A stretch of DNA of 64,000 nucleotides from a virus. Below are positions 17,801 through 25,169 of the stretch, one piece after another (position 1 is the first letter of the stretch; the number at the start of each line of letters is the position of its first letter). The notes under the pieces are model-generated. The model made no database searches. It was not told the DNA's origin and was given only the letters and a program-made list of their open reading frames with translations. Made by a program: the position numbers and the translations under genes. The stretch is from IMG/VR virus record IMGVR_UViG_3300045988_107814, positions 64,001 to 128,000 of that record. One strand, given 5' to 3'.

Positions 17801-19351
17801 CTACCACCATGCTTTATTACCATTATCATCTAATCTTTCAAATGGCATACCACCATATTTTATTAGTCTGTTGTGCATTACGTTAAATGCAGTATTTTTG
17901 AGTTGCTTGTTTGTAAATCTTATTTCCTTTGTATCGAGTGCATATTTATCATACATTGGAAGTGCGTTTTTATAATAATTATAAATAGGCTTTACAGAGA
18001 TATCTACTAGATCTATATAGAATGAATTATATTTTCTTGTCCTACCAAATCTCTGTTGATTCTGCGGTAACGATTTTGTAGGTTCAGCCATATTTATACA
18101 TACCATAAGATCATCAATATCCAAACAAGCCCCAGCAGATTTAGACGTTGTTAATATGAGTGTATTATTCTTTGCAGATGCTTTGTCTGGATTAATAGAC
18201 GTATAGATTCCAATATCATTAGCATACTCAGAATAGTTATATCTTAACCAATTATAAAAGAATACTATTGAATTATTGGTAGAAAAGAATAATAACTTCT
18301 TTCCTGGAATCTTACTAATCATATCCATAACAATTCTTGAAATATAGTCAAAGTTTTGTTTCAAGATAACAATATCATTATATGTCATCTTATTAAAACC
18401 ATGATTGCTAAAACAAGGTAACATCTCTTGTTCAGTCACACCACTCTTATAAAGCAATGCAATATAATGAGTATGAGGATCTGATTCAGGATCAAATAAC
18501 GATAGAGTTGGAACATTTCTAAAGTAATTCTGATATACTCTATCTTGATTAGAATCTCCTCTAGATGGTGTTGCTGATAGATATAATGTCTTATATACTG
18601 GAGAAGCATAATCTATATTGCATATATTATCAAAATTAAGATGTGCTTCATCTATTATCTTAAGACCGATACCAAGTTTATTAAACAATACATCTATAGA
18701 TTCCCAACCATTATTCTTTGCATATGAAAGAATAGTATCATGTGTTATAGTGTATACTTTATACTTATCTGGATTGAAATTACTTTTAATAATTTTATTC
18801 ATCATAATAGATCCTGATATAAACATCAACTCAGATGGAATAAGATTAGTATGCTGAAGATATGCATCTTTCCATTGATTAAGCCAATCTACAGAATTAG
18901 TAATAATAACTGTTTTTACATTCAACAATGCAGAGTAAACTATACCTAAATATGTTTTACCTGCACCTGTATTCAATGCCAAAAACAATTGATCATATTT
19001 TTTAGTATAACTATATTCGCCTTTACCAGAAAGAAACTTAAGTGCTAACTCTTGTTTCTCATCTTTAGGTGGAAACTTGATTAATATCTGATTTGTATTG
19101 AGCCTCGGTTTATTATAGGTGTTTTCATAAAATGCATAACAACCTACAATACGTTCTATAAATGGTATATCAACACCTCTTGGAATTGTATATGTTTTAT
19201 TTACTCTATCATAAACAACTCCAATAGATTTGAATGAGAATGTTGTCTTATCATAAATATCAAATAGTTTCTCTAACTCAGGTATATCACCAATATTATA
19301 ATTATTAATCACTATCTTATTATGATAAACAACTAACTTTCTGTTGTCCAT
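17801..19351 (-). CDS. SF2 DEAH-box helicase
   Basis: 516 aa. Walker A LALNTGAGKTY, motif II IIDEAHLNF, motif III LSATPS, motif VI QQRFGRTRK. Confidence 0.85.
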   Translation of the reverse strand: MDNRKLVVYHNKIVINNYNIGDIPELEKLFDIYDKTTFSFKSIGVVYDRVNKTYTIPRGVDIPFIERIVGCYAFYENTYNKPRLNTNQILIKFPPKDEKQELALKFLSGKGEYSYTKKYDQLFLALNTGAGKTYLGIVYSALLNVKTVIITNSVDWLNQWKDAYLQHTNLIPSELMFISGSIMMNKIIKSNFNPDKYKVYTITHDTILSYAKNNGWESIDVLFNKLGIGLKIIDEAHLNFDNICNIDYASPVYKTLYLSATPSRGDSNQDRVYQNYFRNVPTLSLFDPESDPHTHYIALLYKSGVTEQEMLPCFSNHGFNKMTYNDIVILKQNFDYISRIVMDMISKIPGKKLLFFSTNNSIVFFYNWLRYNYSEYANDIGIYTSINPDKASAKNNTLILTTSKSAGACLDIDDLMVCINMAEPTKSLPQNQQRFGRTRKYNSFYIDLVDISVKPIYNYYKNALPMYDKYALDTKEIRFTNKQLKNTAFNVMHNRLIKYGGMPFERLDDNGNKAWW

Positions 19352-19370
19352 TACAATTCACCTCTCAAAA

Positions 19371-19401
19371 TAAAAAGGAACTACTCAAACAGAGTAGTTC
19401 C
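19371..19401 (-). terminator. rho-independent terminator after the beta-prime fragment gene
   Basis: ggaactactc-aaaca-gagtagttcc forms a 10-bp stem, with a T-run on the minus strand (A-run at 19372-19376). Confidence 0.75.
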
Positions 19402-19414
19402 CAAGTTTTACCGA

Positions 19415-21637
19415 TTAACCCATGAAAGTAAACAGTTCATTAGGCTTTCCTTCATTTTCCACAACCGGATTTTCTGCAAGGAATTTCTGAGGCTGAACCA
19501 TATAAAGAAGATCGTATCCAGACGGTTCACTCTTCTTATAGCTTAACGGGTTATAAAGCATTCTTGCAATATCCTGAGACTGAAGAGCTACAGAAATACT
19601 CGGATGAGTTTGAATAGCTTTCTTCAATGTCAGAATTGTATAATTCTGCTGATTAGGAACTGACCAGTCTGGAACGTCAATAATATTTTCAGCAGAACGA
19701 ATCTGATTCATAATGATAATCTCAAGATGAACACTCATAATTCCATCAAGACCAATGTTGTTAAGCTTATCACTCAACGCTTCAAGGAATGTCTCTGCTG
19801 TATAGCTATCTGTATTTGACTTTCTATCGATAACTCTAATAACAGATTCAAGTCTCTCAGACATATCATCATTATGAATACTTTCAAGATCAAACAAAGG
19901 ATAATCTTCACCGATAAGATTGTTTACTGGAATAGTAATATCTTCATCAACATCATTAATATTCTTGAGTTTAAGATACTCAATAAGCCATTCGCTTAAT
20001 TGGAAATTATCCAAGTTAGTAGACTTGATAGGATATTCCATACCAGTAGATTCATTTCTGAGATAAAATACATTTACATATTTAATAATCTCATCAAATG
20101 TTGCATCAATATCGTCATCATCAGATTCATCACTTTCGATAGCAGCAAACACTTCTTCTTGAATGTCACCATCTTTAATAATGAATTTCCATTTCTTAGC
20201 ATCTTCAAATTCTGGATTAATATAGATAGTACCATTATCAACTACAATAAGCTGTTCAAGTTGTTCCTTAGTAAGCATACTAGTATCAAATGTCAACTCA
20301 TCAATCTTTGCTTCGAGAAGATGTTTTGCAGACAACATCATCTGAGTCAACGGTTCTGTCAGATTTGTTACACTATAAATTCCAATATTTACAGCAGGAA
20401 TAATATTGTATAACTCACCCATACACTTTCTACAAACACCTCTACCCTCTGCGGCAGATCTACATTTGATTGGGCTTCTTAAATAGATTTCCTTTCCAAT
20501 AAGATTAGAATTAACTTTAGTGATATTATAAACATCACTAGTTCTATATTCCATTCCCATTGGGTCCAGTCTGTAATATCTATCGGCAATCTTCTTTAAT
20601 GCTACCTCATCAGTAACTTTGTACTTCAAGAAATTACGAGTACCACAATCATATCCAGGATCAATCTTATTTGTATATGGGATAGTATACTTCTTCGTTC
20701 TAGAACAATTAAGAATCATAATTCTACTAAACTGACCAGAACGAGCAGTATTTTTCTTTGACAGAATCTGTGCAATTCTTGCAATCAAAGACTCAAGAAT
20801 ATGAAATGCAACATTAGTAGCACCACCACTAATATAATTAGTGTTTACTACATAAGGGAAAATACCACCCTCGCCATTAGGCTTGACACCAATATTGATA
20901 TACATTTCACGAGCCTGTTTAGGTTTAATACCTTCTTTTGCTCTAAATGCATCAGATAAGCAATGATCTCTACCAATATATTTCTTAGCATTTACAATAT
21001 AATCGATAAGACGATTCATATCTTTTAATGCTTCTGCATTCATCTGCTCAGGTGGGAACTGAGAATAATAGTTGGTCTTATGTCTGTCCATAATTTCTTT
21101 AAAACCAGGGCAGTTATTATACATAAGAATAAAGTCTTCGTTGTTGATAGAATTGTTAAAGAACCACGCAAACTTATCAACAAACTTAAGATTCCTCAGA
21201 GTATCATAGATAATTCTATTAAGATTATGAATAATCATAATATCACTATCATTACCACATCTTTCTCTTGTAGGAATAATAGCAAATCTATCAATATACT
21301 TCTTGATATAGCCGTTGGTAATACCGTCCTTATTAAAGAATACATGATACGGTTTAATTGTTTGACCAGTTTTAATAATAAACTGCCAAACAATGATGTT
21401 GATAAGAGAATAAGACAACGGCAATCTTACTCTCATATTATTATCGAAAACGAATTCAATTTTTGTATTCTGAATTGCCTGAATTTCAATATAATCCAAG
21501 AATACATTTTTCAAATCATTAACATAATCATCAATGTTAGATTCATTGATATCACTTGTTCTAATGGTAACAGAATTACCATTAATCACTGGTGTAAAAA
21601 CACCATAATCATAAATTTGGGCAACGTTAGTGTTCAT
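19415..21637 (-). CDS. multisubunit RNA polymerase beta-prime subunit, C-terminal half
   Basis: 740 aa.
- KPNGEGGIFPYVVNTNY matches the KPDG..I..PI.ANF region.
- NTARSGQFSRIM (within 20701-20760) matches the bridge-helix TANSGYLTRRLV.
- DCGT is conserved.
- LRSPIKCRSAAEGRGVCRKCMGELY (about 20413-20480) matches the VRS..C....GVC..CYG zinc site.
- NLTEPLTQMMLSAKH matches the trigger-loop GEPGTQLTMRTFH.
- No NADFDGD catalytic loop is present, so this is only the C-terminal half. Confidence 0.8.
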   Translation of the reverse strand: MNTNVAQIYDYGVFTPVINGNSVTIRTSDINESNIDDYVNDLKNVFLDYIEIQAIQNTKIEFVFDNNMRVRLPLSYSLINIIVWQFIIKTGQTIKPYHVFFNKDGITNGYIKKYIDRFAIIPTRERCGNDSDIMIIHNLNRIIYDTLRNLKFVDKFAWFFNNSINNEDFILMYNNCPGFKEIMDRHKTNYYSQFPPEQMNAEALKDMNRLIDYIVNAKKYIGRDHCLSDAFRAKEGIKPKQAREMYINIGVKPNGEGGIFPYVVNTNYISGGATNVAFHILESLIARIAQILSKKNTARSGQFSRIMILNCSRTKKYTIPYTNKIDPGYDCGTRNFLKYKVTDEVALKKIADRYYRLDPMGMEYRTSDVYNITKVNSNLIGKEIYLRSPIKCRSAAEGRGVCRKCMGELYNIIPAVNIGIYSVTNLTEPLTQMMLSAKHLLEAKIDELTFDTSMLTKEQLEQLIVVDNGTIYINPEFEDAKKWKFIIKDGDIQEEVFAAIESDESDDDDIDATFDEIIKYVNVFYLRNESTGMEYPIKSTNLDNFQLSEWLIEYLKLKNINDVDEDITIPVNNLIGEDYPLFDLESIHNDDMSERLESVIRVIDRKSNTDSYTAETFLEALSDKLNNIGLDGIMSVHLEIIIMNQIRSAENIIDVPDWSVPNQQNYTILTLKKAIQTHPSISVALQSQDIARMLYNPLSYKKSEPSGYDLLYMVQPQKFLAENPVVENEGKPNELFTFMG

Positions 21638-21720
21638 TATAAATTCCTCCTAAAACTATTGTTATGTAATAGTTTTTGACAAAGTCATTTCCTATTACAT
21701 GTTAATAATATACTAATAAG

Positions 21721-21757
21721 AAAAAAATTAGTCAGTAGCTTAATCGCTACTGACTAA
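21721..21757 (-). terminator. rho-independent terminator
   Basis: ttagtcagtagc-ttaatc-gctactgactaa forms a 12-bp stem. The A-run at 21721-27 gives a T-run on the minus strand. Confidence 0.85.
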
Positions 21758-21778
21758 CCAAATCACATTATAATATAA

Positions 21779-22237
21779 TTAGTGACGAGTCTTGCTCATT
21801 TCCTTTGGTTGCAACTTAGGAGTATTGATATGCTTTTGGCCTTGACCAGAAACATACATACGCTGACCCTGGCGAGCTACAGTCTTAGCTTTGTTAGCAT
21901 ACTTCTTCTTAATAGCAGCTAAAAGCTTACGTTCCTGAATACGATTCTTTACAAGCTTCTTCCAAAGATTATCATTATTATCCTTGGCCAACTGTAAAGC
22001 AGCCATGCCTGTACGACGAGTCAAATCATCATTCTTATTTAAACGAACAATTGTCTTACGACTAATTTTCTTAGCTTCCTGAAGTACATCTGCATTTTCA
22101 AGAAGTTCACGCTTTTCTTCATCAGAATCAGAATAATGATCATCATAGAAGAAAGCTTCCTGAAGTTCATCCATATTTAAATACATCTGAACTTCTCTTG
22201 TGTCTTGAGCTAACTGCTCATTAGTATAAAGTCCCAT
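21779..22237 (-). CDS. small protein with acidic N-terminal and very basic C-terminal halves (MGLYT N-terminus)
   Basis: The ORF track starts upstream at 22276 (non-ATG start). The ATG at 22237 has GGAGG 9 nt upstream (152 aa). Codon usage is biased (ctg, cgt), and it has its own terminator and promoter-like motif, suggesting high expression. Confidence 0.7.
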   Translation of the reverse strand: MGLYTNEQLAQDTREVQMYLNMDELQEAFFYDDHYSDSDEEKRELLENADVLQEAKKISRKTIVRLNKNDDLTRRTGMAALQLAKDNNDNLWKKLVKNRIQERKLLAAIKKKYANKAKTVARQGQRMYVSGQGQKHINTPKLQPKEMSKTRH

Positions 22238-22299
22238 AGGATTAATCCTCCTTAATAAAATAAAATTTAATTGCAATTAAAAATATTTCGCATACTAAT

Positions 22300-22313
22300 A
22301 CCAGTCTTTTTTA
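22300..22313 (-). promoter_or_regulatory. candidate phage promoter, AACAT-N3-TATAAW class (variant)
   Basis: The minus strand reads AACAATTATATAAA, 62 nt upstream of the ATG at 22237. Confidence 0.25.
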
Positions 22314-22408
22314 TATAATTGTTATGATTTTAAAGTACGAATAACAATTTGATAATAGATTATAATTATACGTAATAGGTAGTCTGACGAAAATTTGGAG
22401 GTTTTAGT

Positions 22409-24508
22409 ATGGACATTACTCAAATTGTTAAAAGTAAAACAACAGATCTTTATAAAAAAGATATGTTAGATGCACTTAAGTTATCTTTTCCAGGTATGAC
22501 AGAAACTGATTTAATGGAAGCTATTGATTATTCTATTACAAAAAGAGGTAGCGATAGTAAAGCATATCTAGATAATAACTATAAGAAAATAAGAGAAAAC
22601 AGAACTCTATTTGAAATTACTGATTATATTATACAGAGAGAACCAATCATTACAGTTTCAGGTGTAATGTTTAGAAAACATGGTTATTGTCCTAATCCTT
22701 TTGTAATGCTTATTCAGGAATTCTTGGAGCAAAGAGGTATTTATAAAAAGACAATGTTTAAATATCCTAAAGGTTCTGAGGAATTTGAAAAGTATAATAT
22801 TCTTCAGTTATCAGAAAAAGTATCTGGTAATGCAATGTATGGTGCTTCTGGTAATCATACAAGTATCTTTTATAATCTTTATGTTGCACAGAGTATTACA
22901 ATGCAAGGTAGAAGTTGTATTGCATCAGCTATTATGTTATTCGAAGCAACAATGGCTAATAATGTAAAGTTACTTAGTCTGAATGATGCGGTGACTTTTA
23001 TTACAAATATTAGACGTGAGCCTGTATTAAAGTATCCAGATGAATTGATTATTGATAAAGATAATTATGTAACTGTAGAAGAATGTTTCTTTAAGATTCT
23101 TTATAGTTCTGGATTCTATTGGATTCCTACAGAAAAAGAAATGACTCTTATTTGGGATATTCTTAATCAGTGTAATCAGCATGAATTGAATAAGATTTTC
23201 TATAAGAATAATCTATTTTGGTTTGTTGATAATAGCCTTGTTATGAACAAGATTATTTCTATTCTTTCTACTCTTGATGAGCCATTTATTGATCCTAATA
23301 GTCCTCCTGAATCTATTAAAGGTATGATGGATGAATTATATGATATGATCTATGAATGGGTTTATTATGATAAACAATATATGGATAGAATTGATAGAAC
23401 AGAAAATATGTACAGATGTGTATCTATGCTTACAGATACAGATAGCTGTTTTATTTCTTTTGATGGATGGTATAGATATATTCTTGATAAGACATTTAAT
23501 ATTCCTATGAAGATTAAAGAGCTTGAAATTGAAGAAAAAACAGGTGAAGTAAAGGAAGCATTTGATATAGGCTATGACTATGACTTTTATAAAGATGAAA
23601 TTATTGAAAGTCAGAATATTATTAGACCTGATGTAATTATTCCTCAGGTTGGTTTTCGTTGTAGTATCATCAATATTCTTGCAAGTATTATGGGAAGACT
23701 TGCTATTGATTATATGTGTAAGTATTCTGATAATTCTAATTCTACTATTTGTCATGATGGTTCTCGACGTAAAAGTTTCTTTATTCTTAAGAATGAATTC
23801 CAACTTAAACGTGCTTTGATTACAGATGGGAAAAAGAATTATTGTGCATATCAAGAACGTCAAGAATCTAATATTATTCCAAAAGAAAAAGCTCTTGCAA
23901 TTACAGGCATGCCGATCAAAAAAGTAGGTGTTCCAGAATCTACAAAAGTTAGACTTCAAAAAATTCTTCTTGAACAAATTCTAGATAATCCTGGCGAAAT
24001 TTCTCAAGTAGAAATTGTAAAACAGTTAGCTATATTCGAAAAACAAATTATTCAAGCTATCGAAAATGGTAGTAAAGAATATTTTAAACCAGAAAGAATC
24101 AAAGCTAAAGATGCTTATGATAATCCTATGAGAGAATCTGGTGTTAAGGCCGCAATAGCATTTAACTTCCTCAAGGATGACGATATGGAAGCTATTGATC
24201 TTGATGAAAGAAATAGTATTCTAAATATTAAAGTAAATATTGATCTTAAAAATATTGAGAATATGAAAGATAGATATCCAGATGTTTATAAACGTGCTAT
24301 TGAACTAATGTCAACAAGAAAAGAATTTGAAAAAGGAATTACTGCTATCGCTATTCTAGACAATATGCAAGTACCTGAATGGATTAAGGAATATATTGAT
24401 TATACTACTATTGTAAATGATAATCTTAGACCATTTCCTTGCGAAGCCTTAGGTATTGATAGAATGGACAACAAGAATATTAATTATACTAATATTTTGA
24501 AGTTTTAG
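22409..24508 (+). CDS. family B DNA polymerase, C-terminal fragment (fingers motif B, palm motif C, thumb)
   Basis: 699 aa, with a TTGGAGG RBS. Carries motif B KVSGNAMYGASG (22817-22852), motif C MLTDTDSCF (23426-23452) and the KKNY (KxY) motif. It has no exonuclease motifs and no motif A. Confidence 0.85.
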   Translation: MDITQIVKSKTTDLYKKDMLDALKLSFPGMTETDLMEAIDYSITKRGSDSKAYLDNNYKKIRENRTLFEITDYIIQREPIITVSGVMFRKHGYCPNPFVMLIQEFLEQRGIYKKTMFKYPKGSEEFEKYNILQLSEKVSGNAMYGASGNHTSIFYNLYVAQSITMQGRSCIASAIMLFEATMANNVKLLSLNDAVTFITNIRREPVLKYPDELIIDKDNYVTVEECFFKILYSSGFYWIPTEKEMTLIWDILNQCNQHELNKIFYKNNLFWFVDNSLVMNKIISILSTLDEPFIDPNSPPESIKGMMDELYDMIYEWVYYDKQYMDRIDRTENMYRCVSMLTDTDSCFISFDGWYRYILDKTFNIPMKIKELEIEEKTGEVKEAFDIGYDYDFYKDEIIESQNIIRPDVIIPQVGFRCSIINILASIMGRLAIDYMCKYSDNSNSTICHDGSRRKSFFILKNEFQLKRALITDGKKNYCAYQERQESNIIPKEKALAITGMPIKKVGVPESTKVRLQKILLEQILDNPGEISQVEIVKQLAIFEKQIIQAIENGSKEYFKPERIKAKDAYDNPMRESGVKAAIAFNFLKDDDMEAIDLDERNSILNIKVNIDLKNIENMKDRYPDVYKRAIELMSTRKEFEKGITAIAILDNMQVPEWIKEYIDYTTIVNDNLRPFPCEALGIDRMDNKNINYTNILKF

Positions 24509-24512
24509 TAAC

Positions 24513-24552
24513 AAAAAATAAACAGGACGTAAAGTCCTGTTTATTTCTTTTT
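24513..24552. terminator. bidirectional rho-independent terminator
   Basis: aaacaggac-gtaaa-gtcctgttt stem, flanked by an A-run and a T-run, between convergent genes. Confidence 0.8.
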
Positions 24553-24577
24553 GCTTTGTGAAGATATGTTTATAGTA

Positions 24578-24934
24578 TTACTTTTCTTGTGCTATTTCCC
24601 TTGCTATTTCTTTAATTTGAATTTTCTTTACTAAATAAATAACAGAATCGTTGTATTCGAAGAACGAATCAAATAATTTTTCATCGGCTTCAATCTGACT
24701 TTTAAATGCACTATAGCCAGAATTAATAATTGAGTGTTCACGAATAAATAAGTTTTCTAACATATTAATTTTAGATTCGTTCCTTCGTTTAATAGCCTTT
24801 AAAAATGATAAAGAGTAAGTAAGGTCAAGCATATTCTTGCATTCGTAAGGAATATTTCCAACCTTAAACGACTTTTTGATTGCACGATGAAACTTATTTG
24901 CTGCCGAAATAGCTACCTTAATATCGTTGGTCAT
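24578..24934 (-). CDS. hypothetical protein
   Basis: 118 aa, with an AAAGGGAG RBS that is part of conserved leader copy A. Confidence 0.7.
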   Translation of the reverse strand: MTNDIKVAISAANKFHRAIKKSFKVGNIPYECKNMLDLTYSLSFLKAIKRRNESKINMLENLFIREHSIINSGYSAFKSQIEADEKLFDSFFEYNDSVIYLVKKIQIKEIAREIAQEK

Positions 24935-25080
24935 GATAATGCCTTTCTCCCTTTAATGTCTGGGATCATAAGTTTTATACAAACTTATGATTACTTGCCT
25001 TTTGACAACTGGAGTAATTTGCAAGTCTCCAGTTATTGATATAGATAGAATGTATTCTCCTATTCACTATAATAATATAT
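24935..25080 (-). promoter_or_regulatory. conserved promoter plus 5' leader element, copy A
   Basis: On the minus strand it reads, in order:
- ATATATTATTATAGTGAATAGGAGA (25056-25080)
- hairpin aactggag-12 nt-ctccagtt (25007-25034)
- hairpin ataagtt-tgtataa-aacttat (24968-24988), which carries TGTATAAA in its loop
- ATGATCCCAGACATTAAAGGGAG (24947-24969), running into the ATG at 24934. Confidence 0.55.
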
Positions 25081-25127
25081 AAAGCAATAAATAAAATCTT
25101 ACACTTCTGTATATTTCTTGTATCTTG

Positions 25128-25143
25128 AACATATCTATAATTA
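25128..25143 (+). promoter_or_regulatory. candidate phage promoter, AACAT-N3-TATAAW class
   Basis: AACATATCTATAATTA is 15/16 identical to 6431-6446 and ends 26 nt before the ATG of the giant gene. Confidence 0.4.
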
Positions 25144-25169
25144 AAGAGTGAAAGGAGGTCATTATTTAT

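Noticed and set aside
25146-25158. AGAGTGAAAGGAG before the giant gene, and ATAGTGGAAAGGA at 12921, as further copies of the GTGAATAG promoter motif.
   Set aside because: Here the purine-rich part is simply the Shine-Dalgarno of the following start codon, so the resemblance is probably compositional.
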